From: Trypethelium eluteriae
Lineage: Eukaryota
Direction: 5' to 3'
Length of the DNA stretch: 51,269 nt
Assembly (NCBI GenBank): GCA_051942245.1
Contig: JAVECL010000109.1
Span: forward strand, 1 to 51,269
Both the position numbers and the translations under genes were made by a program. Position 1 is the first letter of the stretch. Each line of letters begins with the position of its first letter. The notes under the pieces are model-generated. The model saw nothing but the letters and a program-made list of their open reading frames with translations, made no database searches and was not told the DNA's origin. Positions 13,043 through 25,865 of this stretch are shown here, one piece after another.

Positions 13043-13959
13043 TTATGCTGGAGGATCAATGTGATTAATGCCACCGGTCGCGGACCGTGTTACGATGGCC
13101 CACCAGTTGTCTTTCTCGTACCCAGAGTCTAGTACAATACCGCCAGCTTCGGAAACATCATGTTCCAACTCTCCTTTCCGGTAGAGATGGTAGTATCGAT
13201 AATGAGTAGTTTGTGCGCCTGGAACTTCTGCAACATGATCGGCGTCCTTCGGCTTCTTTTTATGATCCTTCATCACCCAAGGCACCATAACGTCTTGTTC
13301 ATGGCCTTCATCCCAGCCTCTTCGACTCTCCTTCTGCTCCAATGCCCAAACATAGATCAGGGCCCTCCCACCATTGGAAGATGCATCGGCTTCCCTCAAA
13401 GAATCAAAGATAGCCTTCAAGGATTGTACTCTCCTTTCTTCTGTGGAAAGATGGTGTACCACTGCAACTGAAATGGCGAAGTCATAAAAAGATAACCTGT
13501 AGGGCAAATCTAACGCATCTGCAACCAATGCAGAATGAGGCTGGTGCTGACCAGCTATAGCTACGAGATTAGGAGATCTGATACGAAATGAAAAGTCAAA
13601 AATAAGAGTCTACAGAGTCGGCGAGGACTCAATAAACATGGCTCACCGGTCGGACGCAACGATGAAGATATTCTTATTTACAGCAAGGTATTTGCCGTTT
13701 CCACAACCCACGTCCAGGCCAATGGATCCATCTGGCAACTCGCGTAGAAATTTTTCTACAACTGGCCACGGCTATATGATGTCAGCTATTGTCGCCAGCC
13801 ATTGTCATGTCTTATCTCTGCCTAGACTGTCACTTCCACGCGGTAAAAGATACCCACCTTGTATCGCGTAGATGAAAAATGCGGAGCTATTCGCTCGTAC
13901 ACGGAATGAACATGTTGATGCTCATATTCAGCACCGTACCCTTGCTCAGTATCCGGCAT
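13043..13959 (-). CDS. TRM9: tRNA wobble-uridine (mcm5U34) methyltransferase, exons 13959-13858, 13771-13646, 13577-13043
   Basis: YEHQHVHSVYERIAPHFSSTRYKPWP, LDVGCGNGKY, ISVAVVHHLST, IYVWALEQ, RYYHLYRKGEL, DNWW. Confidence 0.93.
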
Positions 13960-14683
13960 TTGGTCGGATCTGGAGGCTTTAAGCACGGAAACTCATTTGT
14001 AAAGCAAGTTGAATCCAGCCAGACTGAATTTCAAGTCGTGGGGAGCGGAGGGCGGAGCGGAAATGATGGTGCACTTCAGCACAGACCTCTTGGTCTTTAT
14101 TTACCCTTATGACATTGACATTACATTCACTGGCTAACATTCTTCTACTTAATCGTTTCTCGATTGTTGTACAGCAGATTTTTTGGCATCTCGCCTTTAC
14201 GCGAGTAACTACATACATCAATCTCTTGTACTATTTACATGACAATACAAACCCATCAGTAATCAATACTAACCAAGGACAAAGCCTTCCAAACATCCAG
14301 TCCGAAAGCGGTATTCACCTGAATACCACGCGGCCAGTCCGGACAATAACATGCTTTTATATCACTTATCAACATATAGTCTAAACGCTTTTCTATTCAT
14401 CCTAGTCTATTGTAGTTTCGATTTCTCAGGATAGCTATTGTCGAGCACGCGGACAAGCACAAACTCCTATAGCTCGACTTGCTTTAAAGCAGATCAACAA
14501 TCCTCGTCCTCTCAGAAGCTTCTAAACCTCATCCACTCTCTTTTTTCACTGTAGTCCTCAGTCGCCATAATCATATCCTCGCTTTGTTTGCTAAGCCGCT
14601 GGCGGCTGTCATCGAGCAAGCATAAATCTTCTCTCACGGCTCTGCCCCAATATCTCTTTTCTCACGACAAATCGTCGTCGACA

Positions 14684-15946
14684 ATGGGATTGCCATCCAA
14701 AATATCCTCGCCAGCTGCGCCTTGCTCCAAAATCCGATCTTCTACCTCCCCCAAAAGAGCTCCCAAATCATCAAGAGCCTCCTTGGAATCCCCAGACCGC
14801 GTCACCAAACTGGCGCAAAAACCTTCGAAAATCAAGCAACGAAAGGCCAACGGGCGTCACCTCCAGCTCATCGAAGCGAATGGAGACATCATCGACAGCG
14901 TTGCCGTGCCGAGCAATTTCAACACAAAATTGAAAGACCTCCTCGACAATGCCATCCACTTCCAAGAAGCGAATAACCACACGGAGTCAGCTCCAACCCA
15001 ACAAGACACCAAAATCGCCTACCCCGAGCCCCACGGCATCCCCCGACGCAACACCGCCTTCTGCTACCGCCTCGCCCTCCTCCAAGCCCTCGCCCACGCG
15101 CCCCCCTTCTGCACAGCGCTCCGAGCCTCGAAGAAATTCTGCGGTACCCACCTCAACTGCAACCGCAACTGCAAGCCGTGTCTCGCATGCACGCTCAACC
15201 GCGTGCTCCGTTGCTATTGGCACGCGTCCTCCGACCTCGACGACGCCGTCCGCAGCTTCCACGGCGCCTGCCGCGACACCACGAGCCCGTCCGCGTGGCC
15301 CTACCGCGCCAGCGAGCACGCCGATATCCAGGAGTTCCTGCTCTGGCTCGGAGAAGTCGTGAGGGCGCAGCATCCCCTGGCATCTACGTTCGCAGCGACC
15401 CTCGATGTGGGGTCTGAAGGGAGCTGGAGCTGTCGGCATTGTGGGCGGGTGCATCGGAAAGCGGAGGCGAGTTTGGGGTTGAGCGTGGGCATCTCGGTGC
15501 CCAGGCGGGGTCTGGATTTGTTGAGCTACCTCCGTGAGGATATGGCGGAGGTGGTGGAGGTGCGGTGCGATGCTCCGAGGTGCAGGACGAACGAGAGGCG
15601 GCAGCGGCGGGTACGCTTCACGAAGCTGCCGAGGGTGCTGTTCGTGCATCTGAAGCGCTTTGAGTATTCGCCGAGGAGAGGCCCGGTGAAGATTGGCAGC
15701 CAGGTCAAGTTCCCGGAGATCCTCAGTCTGAAAGAGTTTGTGGAGAACGGGGTGGATGGTACCAGATACGAGTTGATGGCCTACGTGGCACATCAAGGGA
15801 ATTTAGAGCATGGCCATTACGTGGCGATGGTGAAGGGGCCACGGGGGATCTCCCTGGTGGATGATGACCGGGTGCAGAGGAAGAGGGACTGGTACGATTT
15901 CCCAGCAGGATTTTCGCCTTATCTGTTAGTTTATGTACAAAAGTAG
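14684..15946 (+). CDS. Divergent ubiquitin-specific protease (peptidase C19/UCH domain), intronless
   Basis: Cys-box-like GIPRRNTAFCYRLALLQAL, HADIQEFL, CxxC zinc ligands, LPRVLFVHLKRFEY, His box HQGNLEHGHYVA, VDDDRV, PYLLVY; first ATG at 14684. Confidence 0.8.
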   Translation: MGLPSKISSPAAPCSKIRSSTSPKRAPKSSRASLESPDRVTKLAQKPSKIKQRKANGRHLQLIEANGDIIDSVAVPSNFNTKLKDLLDNAIHFQEANNHTESAPTQQDTKIAYPEPHGIPRRNTAFCYRLALLQALAHAPPFCTALRASKKFCGTHLNCNRNCKPCLACTLNRVLRCYWHASSDLDDAVRSFHGACRDTTSPSAWPYRASEHADIQEFLLWLGEVVRAQHPLASTFAATLDVGSEGSWSCRHCGRVHRKAEASLGLSVGISVPRRGLDLLSYLREDMAEVVEVRCDAPRCRTNERRQRRVRFTKLPRVLFVHLKRFEYSPRRGPVKIGSQVKFPEILSLKEFVENGVDGTRYELMAYVAHQGNLEHGHYVAMVKGPRGISLVDDDRVQRKRDWYDFPAGFSPYLLVYVQK

Positions 15947-16587
15947 TGGGCCCGCATAGTTGGACATTGATCAATGGGGTCTGCCGGCATGATTCTGCCA
16001 GCCTTGATGTATACATAGCATCTTAATTGAAAAGTATATTTATTCTTAGGAGGTTCGGTATGGCTCTCAATGATATGCTTTAGAAGGAGCATTTGCGCAT
16101 ATGCAGATGAGGTTCGCTTCATAGCATCATCACCGATCAATGCTTGCACACTGCTAAATTTTAGAATTTCGATATTCATAGTGTCGAACGCATTTTGATT
16201 AGCAATCGCAAGTTCGAGGCACTCTCATGAAGCTATGGCTGGGTCAGGGGAAATGCTAGCAAGTTTTCCCTTGGGAGCTATCTTCGAGGTATTTATTGAA
16301 TTTACGGATTATGAGTGTCCGCGAACGCCATAAATTACGTTTGGTTTCTCCCCGAGGTAAGATAAGAATACGCTATGGGCTTGATAACACAAGACCAACC
16401 TCATTAATCTACCACTTCACACAAAGGTCTAAGAAGCTTCATTCTCTCCACGACGGTAGATTAAAAATTCATTGTGCTGTCTATCATGTGCTCCAAGTAA
16501 AAATCCACAGGCCCTTATGCCATCCGACAAACCTCCCATGCACCCACCCAAACGCCTAGAAACCCCTCCAGAACCGCGCACATCACC

Positions 16588-19500
16588 TCACTTCAACCCA
16601 AACCCCTCACTCCCCCTCACCGCCTCCCATAGCTTCCGCTCCAGAGCCTCCCGCCTGCGGTACCATTGCAACCCCAGGCGATTAAAGCACGTCCTCGCGG
16701 TAGGATAGCGCTCCTCATCCTGCCCCGCACACGCAACCCTAATGACGAGGTTCGCCGCGCCCGTCGCCGGAATACGATCGCTGCCCGTGACGAAGCCGAG
16801 CAACCTCCGCTGATCCTGGGGCGTGGCGCGCTCGAAAGCCTCCCAGAACCAGCGTACCACCGGCACCGCAGGACGCGGATCGTCCGGCGGCCCGACATCG
16901 GCGTCAGGCCGCGGTATGGGCGCGTTAGTGCGGGGGTCATTCCAGGCGTCGTAGACGGCGACGGCGCGGAGGGCGGCGACGTCGAGGGGCTCGTCGGAGC
17001 CGCGGACGAGCAGCTCGATCTCCTCGGGCCGGAAGAGCGAGAGGGCGTTGCCGCCGCAGACGGTGAAGAAGCCGCGCTTGAAGGGCTCGAATTGCCGGCT
17101 GACGGCGGTGTCGAGGAGGTGGCGGACGTAGGCGTCGACGAAGGCGTGGCGGTTGGCGTGGGTGACGGGGGTGGAGGCGCCGTGTGGGATGAGGGAGATG
17201 GTTTCGGGGGAGCCGTAGCGGTCGAGGGTGGCGACGAAGTCGAGGGCGAAGGTGGATTCGACATCGGTGCCGGGGTAGTCGAGGAGGGCTTGGAGGCCGG
17301 AGGCGAGGGCTGGGCGGTATTCGGCGAGGTCTTCGAGGGTGTAGGTGATGAGAGGGGCGCGGTTGGGGTTCATGTTGGTGATGGAAGGTGGGGCGGAAGC
17401 GAGGAGCTTCTTGAAGGTGAAGGGAGGGAGGGCGACATCGAGAATAGTAGAGTTGTAGATGGCGAGTCCGATGGCGACACCGACGAGGAAATACTGAGCT
17501 GAGGTTTCGAAGGAGAATGGATTAAAATAGCAGAACTTTGAGTCGTCATCGTAGAGAAATAGGCCTGTGGCGTAATTAACACTGCTCAGCAGGAGATGTG
17601 CTGAAGTATGGAGACATACCGTGATTAGGATCAAAGATCTCCCGTATCAGCATGAGAAACCACTCTTTGCGGAGACCGCCGACATCAACGCCTTCTTCGC
17701 CGACGAATTGAACCCTCAGACCTTTTTTGACCTCATTGTCAGAAGACCCCACAGCAGCACTAATTTGCTGCAGACTATCTTCTACAAGACAATCCCGTCG
17801 CACTTTGAGAAGGAAATAGTGTCCTACAGAATTGCTCTCGGTCATGATAGCATTGAAAAATGCTTCTCGGGCCTTAATTTCCATTTGACGCCTAGCATCA
17901 TGCTCTAGAATCCGAATTTTGGCGCCGATGGATAAGAAAAACGGATATTGACAGAAACAGAATTTTGCACGTCTAGTTTCCCAGAGCTCGAAATCAGCCA
18001 CCAAGTTCATATAATCAAGCAGAGTATTGTAGAAGTCCGACGTCGGCACCAGTTGACCATGAGTCTTTGCTCGTAACCTCGCAGCCACACCAGAGCTCAC
18101 GGGAGCTGCTTCAGCTAAAGGGACATTGATCGGGTTTGCTTTCCTTGTGTAGTAGCTATTGTTTGCTGCGAAGAGAAGCGCCATGACTTTAGCAGCTGCT
18201 CGTAATTGCCAATCTTCAGAATACAGTACATCTGTCGTAGCAGGCTGCTGACCCTTTTTGGCAGTAGTCGCGGTCGTAGTGGATCGACTTAATCCCAGTG
18301 CTGCATGAAGCTGCGCAGAAGTATCGGCATTGGAGGCAGTGATATCTGGGACTAGTCCATCGTCCATGTCTTGCGTAGGAGTCCGTTTCCGATCATTTTG
18401 GCGTGAGAGTCGATAAGTGACAAATCGGCCCACTAGTTCAATTGTGCGTTGCAATCTATCCTCCGAGTACCTTGAAAACCAAGCGGCACAGATTCGGTGA
18501 CATTCGGGAGGTGTACCTGCGAGCAACCCAAGAATTCTTTTAACAATACCGGGGTGCTGGCCTTGAGCTTTTCCGCCACCACTAAAGAGCTTCCGAGACT
18601 CGTAAGAATTTGAGGTACTGGAAAGGCCTGATTCCGGAGGATAGAGCAACGGATTGGCCAGTAGAACAAGGAGGAATCGTAAATTTTCGGGTTTTTTAAG
18701 CGGTCGACTAGGCCGTCTGAGGAGACTCTCTGTGACTTTAAGCAGCACTCGCTCCACGTGGTGTTGTGCTTCTCGTAATTCTCTTTCCACCAAGTACATA
18801 TCTTTCGCTAACGGGTTGGAAACGCCGGACGCTTGAAGCTCCTGAGACTTTTCTTTCCAACCTCGTGATGCATGAAGAATCATTTCGTACCAGTCGCTTA
18901 GTTCTTGCCAGTTGATCAAGGGGCTTTTCGAGTTAACCATACGCCCTCGGCGCGAGCTACTTTGGGGGTTCCCGTCTGCGTCTTTCACTTGTCCGTCCTC
19001 CTCCCGGCCACTCCACCAGGCGCCATTCTCGGCAAAGTCCCCCAGCAAGAGAGTCTTTGCATCGATTCCGGGCGTTGTAATATCGACACCATTAGTGTCC
19101 TCCATTGGCCCTCGTTGCGGGGGTATTTTGATGGAACTTTCGCTTTGCGTACGCCGCTTTTGGATTGGCCGAATAGTACTGAATGATGTATTTAGACAGT
19201 CAAATCTTCCAAAATTGTGGATGATGTAATCTTCCAACTCTTTGAATATTGCTTTTGCCGGCCTCACAGTACTATCGGCTAGTATTTTGGGGGACCCTTC
19301 AAGGGGACGATTTTGGCCTTCTGGTGGTGTCGTGACGATTTCTCGTCGTGGTTGAGATGGAACGTTGGGGAAGCTAATGGGTGGGGGTGGTGGATTACGA
19401 GCTGGCTTGGCTGGAAAGACGCTGAACGAGCTTGCATTTGTAACAATGTCATCGGATTGAAGAGATTCGCTGAAGGACTTCTGGGAATGCTTTGGTATAG

Positions 19501-20428
19501 GCTTGCGTTGACTCGAGGATACCGTAGATGAAGGTGCACGAGGCAGTCCTGATAAAGTTGTCGCTGATGGAGGTGATGCTGAGAACACAGGAGCATTGCC
19601 TGTTGACCGAGGCCCTTTCGTGTCGACAGATGCACTGATAGTAGCGTTGGAGGCTTTAAAGGGCAATCTGGGTGATCCAACTTGAGACGGTCTTCTTTGC
19701 TTGCCCCGATTTTCTAGATAGATGGTGATGCATTTGTCGATGATCATTGCCGTCCGCTCATTGGATATTGGCAAGGCTGCGCATCTTGTCAATGTAAAGT
19801 ATGCTCTCCACAATACACATCAGAGCCCACCTTTTCTTTTGGGTGCCAGTGCTGGCTTGGCATCGCTACTCGTACCTGGCCGCTCCTGCAGTTCTTTCTG
19901 GATGGGCTCCCACAATCTCGGTTGGAGATCATTCACAGCAATGCAGATTGGACATTTGTAAGTGATTGTTCCTTTGGAAATATGCACCGAAGAATCGCAA
20001 GTCATGCAATGAGCAACGGTAGTTTCTTGCTCTTCCACCTTCGCCTTGCCGCTGCTTCCAACTGCCTTCTTGGTAGGACTACTAGAGGACAAGTCCTCAG
20101 GTCCGGATGCCAAATCATCGTCACTGCTACTGTCTATACCAAGGTTGCCAGCTGAACGACCTGTGCTCTTTTTCCTAAAGATTCCCAAGGAGTGACTGAT
20201 GGATCGCGAATGCGGTCGAGCGCTCGTATCGCTCCTGATCGGAACAGGAACACCGCCTAAGTCTTCCGGTTCAGCAGGAGGTATGCGAGTTTGTCCACTC
20301 CGAGATCGGGGTGGAGGGCGCGGTAGGGGTCTGTCGTAGTTGGCGGGGCTTGAACGGGTTGAGGAGGTAGGGGTGGAGCTCGAAGGGGCATTGCTGCTAG
20401 AAAGAAAGCGAACCGGCCACGAAGGCAT
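16588..20428 (-). CDS. HUL4: HECT E3 ubiquitin ligase, Hul4-like; exons 20428-19831, 19776-17620, 17564-16588
   Basis: LKVRRDCLVEDSL, FVGEEGVDVGGLRKEWF, FVTGSDRIP, catalytic PTARTCFNRL, terminal GFGLK; N-terminal CxxC..CxxC. Confidence 0.88.
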
Positions 20429-21250
20429 TGGGGTTCATTGAAATTGCTGTGATAGCGAATGCCAATGAGCAATGGCCTGCCATTCAAAGCTCATCTTTGA
20501 AGTCAGGTGAGCATGAGTTGCAACGATTGCAATCGACCGCGCGGGAGCAGCACCGATTTACGTACGCGTATGGCCTCCCACGCCACCAATGGTCAAGCCT
20601 CGGCCCTTGATTCTCGATCTGGAGATGTCCACAATAATGCTTTTTAGAAGCTTCCTTTGTGGAATTACTGTCCAATTACTCTCTGGACTAGGAATGCAAC
20701 CGGAAGCTTGAGGAAGAGAAGAATGCAAGGATTAGCTAGGTCGAGGTCGAGAAGGGCCGCCTTCTCAGCATTGCCTAGTTGTTTCGTCACTTCCCAGCAC
20801 AGGTGTGGATACGAGCACGGCGTGCGTGCAGTGTCAGCCAACTGGAAGGAGCAAACGTAATGCAAGCCCCATCAACGCCGACAGCTAGATTTCTATTTAC
20901 GGTCGACACGATAATCGCTGATCCATTCGGCGCTTCATTCTCTTCAAGTGTTCTACAGAGCAGATGCGACGGGACAAAGACCCCATCAACCGCCACGTGG
21001 GTTTTGCTTTCACAGGAATCTTGCATTCTTGGCGCCGTAGATGAAAACAGCCTCTGGCTTGTATTGAGAACCTAACTCGACAGAGCTACCTAAATCAACT
21101 TTGCTTGCTGCGTACCGAAATGGGTCCTGTGGAAGCGTGACCACTGACGTAGCCAGCCAGACACATGCCAGTAGATACGCCAGTAAACACATCGCAAATG
21201 ATGCCGATGTTGGACATGGCTTCGCATTGTCTCTACCCGAGTCGCCCACT

Positions 21251-22081
21251 TTAACGGTACCTCCAGAGGGACAATGTATTGTGTCTCTTCCAGATCTTCC
21301 TCCTTCCAGAGGTGGTGTGATTGAACTTGTGACCTCTTCCCAATCCGCGCGACTTCTTGCCTGTAGCTGTAAGACCACGTGCCTCGCGGTGCTGAGACGT
21401 ACATTAGTGGGGTTCTTGTAAGGCATGCACGTGCAGTACGAACCTTATGGACGGGTTTCACGATCCAGTTGATGCGAGAATCATTGCGAATGGCCTTATG
21501 TTGAGGATCGACAAGAATGACCTCATAATATTTGTATCTGTAATCCACCATGAGCTTTGTTCAAGCATCTTGAATGCACAGGACTTACGTCGAATCTTGA
21601 TTGATCCAGTACGAGTTGAGGACACGCAAGTTGGCGCAACGGCGACCAACACGTTCCTCGGCCGTGGAACGAAGAGAACGTTGGTACTTCAATTGGTTGA
21701 CACCCTGATTGGTGGGCTTGCCTGTGGAACGTATGCAATGAGCATTCTGTGTCGTGCTGTATTAGAGATGGATTGGGCTTACCGTAGGTAGCACCCTTTG
21801 GCACTGGTCTCTTCCTACCACCACGTCTCACTCGCACACGGTAGATGACATATCCTTGCTTGGCCTTGTAGCCAAGACGACGAGCCTTGTCGGGACGAGA
21901 GGGACGCGAAGCGCGGTGGATGACATTGAGTTGTCGGAGCTAATTGACGTACTCTCAGCAAAGTTCAACGAGTAGCATCAACGAGTTTGCTGACCTCCCA
22001 ACAGCGGACACGAAGTAGGAAGCGCAGCACGTCGGACTGCTTCTTCTTTTGAAGCTCCTCGACGTATTTGAGAGCCCCCAT
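21251..22081 (-). CDS. RPL15: 60S ribosomal protein L15 (eL15), exons 22081-21995, 21939-21783, 21721-21589, 21537-21444, 21391-21251
   Basis: [91 protein letters not shown]. Confidence 0.97.
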
Positions 22082-23488
22082 CTATATAGTGACGGTCAGC
22101 GTTGATTCTGCAAAGCAATTCTGTCGCAGACTCAATATTGTCGAGGAAAAAAAAACACATACCTTCTGAGCAGTTCAAAGATCTGCTCCAAAGTCGTGGT
22201 AGATGATTGTGGTTATGACTGGCTAAAGAATTGCAAATGGGAGAGCGAAATTCGCTTGGTGGTGTGGAGCTGCAGAGACCGGCTCGAAGGTTTTTCCGAA
22301 ATGCGCCCACCCCTCCACTCTCGCCCGGATTAAGGCAGTTCAGGCCCAAGGCTCTACCTGCACAGACACGAGCTGCTCTTCGCGCAAGTGCTGACGATCT
22401 CTTCCAAGTCTGGCTTACAAGTCGCATTCCAAACAGGCTTTCTTCCAAAAGCGACGCGTGTTCTATTTTAGATCTTGAGTTTCAGGCTACCGCTTGTTTT
22501 AGAAACCCGATCTTGTCTCTTGCGCTCATTACTCAATTACATTTTAAGTGGCCACATACAACTTCACACAAGATGCAGCAAAGGTGCCGTGACTTGACAT
22601 GAAGTTGAAGCATAATCTCATGACATGTATCCAGAAGAAAATTCAAGCCCATGCCACAACGACTGAAGATGCTTCAATCTAGGGAACCAGGATTTTTTCC
22701 TTCTTTCCTTCAATAACGTTGGCATCGATCGTGCCATTGCTTTCATGATGCTCAGAAGCAAGACTGCGGTATTTAATTCAGGCAGTAGTGAAGACTACAT
22801 AATGTTTGACAACATCAAGGCAAGTTGATATTAAACGACAAATGATTGGAGGCCGCAGGGATGGCTTGCGGAGAGCGCAAGATTTTGTCTGCATTAAGGA
22901 GGCCGAAACAGGCTTTTGCTTACGGACAAGGTGGACAAGATGGATTTCCCCAGCGATCTCTGCCGGATTTCTCCAGTTGTTCATGCAATTGAATGGAAAC
23001 GGCGTCTGTAGCTGCGCATTTTGTTCCGTCATGCTTCTGTGCACATCCTTATATCCGCCCCGAGTGTACGAGTGCACAATTCGGTGATGATCGATTCTGA
23101 AACTATCGACTATTTTTCTCTTAGCTTCCTCGAGGTTGGAGAGGCCTTGCGCAATCAGTACAAAGCGCTGCAAACCGGCAGTCCGGGGTGGTAAGAAGGA
23201 AATTGGATGGCCCCAGTGCCCCAGCGCCTGCCACCCTCGCAACCCTCGCCCCAAGCTTAGCCATCTTAGCGCCCGAACGCCAATGAAACAAGCCTCCCTC
23301 TGCCTCACACCCGGCCAACTCATACCTCTTGCTTCAGCCTCCGCAGCTGTGCAACACTTGCATAACCTTCTCGTCTTTCACTAGTTCTACGCACTCGTCT
23401 AGTCATTCAGCCAGTCTGGCCTCACCAGCTCACTCGAGCCCTCACAATTGCTTCATAGAATTACAATTCAGACCTGTCGCGCGGCGCA

Positions 23489-24757
23489 ATGCCGTCGACA
23501 GCGTATGGCAACTTTCGCGTATGAAGATCGTCTCCTCTCACGCGTCAGGTCAGAGACTGATTTTGGGCCATACAGGACTTCTGTCGGGACACCGGAGACC
23601 GCCATTCGACCCTTCCTGTCTGCAATGTACGTCCCTCTACCTCCTGGACTGCTTAGAGACGAGCCCTAGCTCGGGGTCCCTTCGTTCAAGGCTAACTTAC
23701 TGGATGACAGCTCTTTCTTGAGTCTGCTTCGCGACAAAACACTGGGTTCGGTGGCTGCGATCTCATAGGCATATCACTGAGCAATGGAAGGGAATTAGGC
23801 AACTTAGGTAATTATATCAAAGAACGAAAACTTCAGTTTCGGACAAGACTGACCCGTGTAGGATCGATATTACTCTGCGGCATCGCCATCCTCGTCACGT
23901 TATTCCTACTATGGCGGTCAGAAATGAAGAGAGCAGCCGTTGGCAGAAGGTGGGATCGAGGTCATAAAGCGATGTTACACATACGGCTAACCATAAAATC
24001 CAAAGGGAGATGCAATTATTCTTAATCGGATATATCATCATCGAAATCTGCGAAATCTTCACCGTTGGCTGGTTCCCTCTTGACGGAGGTGTGCGACGGG
24101 TGAGTGCCACCTTCCGTTAATACTGAACAACTTCCCTGACGTATACATAGGCCTTCACTGCTGTCCACATCGCCGCGATCGTTGCAACATTATGGATACT
24201 GATGATAAATGGCGCTGTTGGCTACCAATTGCTTGACGATGGAACACCATTCTCGATAGGACTGATACTCCTGTCCGCCGCGGCGCTCTTCATTGGTGTC
24301 GGGTACATTTGTCTTGATACGGGATTCAATTGGACCGGCTTCTGGAACTCCTCAACGCAGGGCCCGCTGAATCGCGATTACGCACTCTATACACTCTACC
24401 AACTAATACCACTCGTAATGCTCTTCGTCTTCTTCGTGTTGGAGTCGCTCCTAGTGCTTCGAATATTGGGGGAAAGAAGACCAATGCGTAAGTGTGGTTC
24501 AAGCAGTGAGGTCAACTCTGAAACTAACAAAACTCACAGTCTACCTCGTCGCGGCCATGCTGCTCTTTGCTATCGGTCAAATCTTCCAATATGTCATCAG
24601 CGTCCATATATGCACAGGCACTGGCGGTAAAATTAATGGAGGTCTGTTTGAAACTCTTTTCACCCTTCTTGCCGTAGTTATGATATGGGTGTTTTGGTCA
24701 AGTATTACGGAAGATGATTGGCCAATGCCTGTGGCAAGCGAGAGTACGTACACATGA
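23489..24757 (+). CDS. CHS7: Chitin synthase export chaperone (Chs7 family), about 7 exons
   Basis: Spliced MPSTAYGNFR-DFCRD...STLPVCN, KRAAVGRREMQLFLIGY, NGAVGYQLLDDGT, FETLFTLLAVVMIWVFWSSITEDDW; multiple TM helices. May be a Chs7 paralogue. Confidence 0.85.
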
Positions 24758-25865
24758 AGTAATAATACCCTTGAGAAGCTTTTCTGGTTTTTGTTTTGGA
24801 GGAATGGTTCGAGGGATTGATTAGCGATGGAATGAGAGCCACTCGATTGTTCTTTGACGGCCTCACGATCAGCATGGCGTATCATCTTAGCCTGTCTTGG
24901 CATATAGGCACTTAACTTAATTTTCTAGTGTCAAAAAGAAAAGACTCTGACCTTTTTCCCAAAAATAAAAAAGAAATTTCCCTATGATCACATGTGAAGA
25001 CGTTTACTGAGCATGTGAAGGATGCTTTGCTCAAAGCTTTTTGCAGGGATCCTACCAACGTCCTTGAGCTGCAACTTGTTTTTAGGTTCATCATGTCAAG
25101 GTCGCTTTCAAGGTTAACGCAGATGTTTTTAGTCTCATATTCTACCTCCGATGTCCTTTTTACTTCATTGAGAGGCCCCTATTCCGTGCTCGTGGGCTGG
25201 CTAGCCGAAGTGGCTTCAGGTTTGATCATTGTGGACGCTTCAAATTCCCAATCAAGTACTTACTCTTTCCAATCTTCTTTCATACGCCTTACTATTCTCA
25301 AAGGCACCGTTAGTTGCAAAATGCGATAGTACGTCACAACAATTTCTCTCATTCTTAACTACATATTTTGGGGACGTCCCTCTAGGACTGTTATTCGGCG
25401 ACATTGAGCAGTCCCTTAGTCATTACAGTCAATGGCTTTAGTATAAGCTTTAAGTACTTGAGAGGATGGGACAAGGACGAAGAAGACAGTAAAAAAAGAA
25501 GAGAAAGGAAAACAAGCGAAACATGGCTCTTGCTCGCGCTCGTCCCCTTTTCTCAAAACGCGATTCAATACGTAGGATACTTGTCAGTAGAATTTCGGCT
25601 GGCGTCCCCTCGTTCTAGCAGTCAATATAGCAGGCAAGGGCTACTCCGCAACTTCCAGTCCTCGAGATCCCCGAAGTCGGTGCACTTGATGTACTCCATC
25701 CTAGAGGACGGTGGCTGAAATAGCGATTCAGTTGCTGCTGTGCCCAACTTGGTATTCCTTCGGCGATGATGCAATCTTCAATAAATACATGTAGGAAATC
25801 TGATAGAGTCCTGACATTTGCAGGTTCCTTCAAGAAGATAGGAAGCATTGGCATGGCTTTCCTTT

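Noticed and set aside
16666..17502. Long overlapping ORFs on HUL4, and similarly at 14987-15796, 31061-31858, 36384-37295 and 37697-38341
   Set aside because: All fall in GC-rich patches of well-supported genes and give low-complexity translations
22231..23384. ORFs up to 181 aa between RPL15 and CHS7
   Set aside because: Lie in the divergent promoter/UTR region and lack protein-like features
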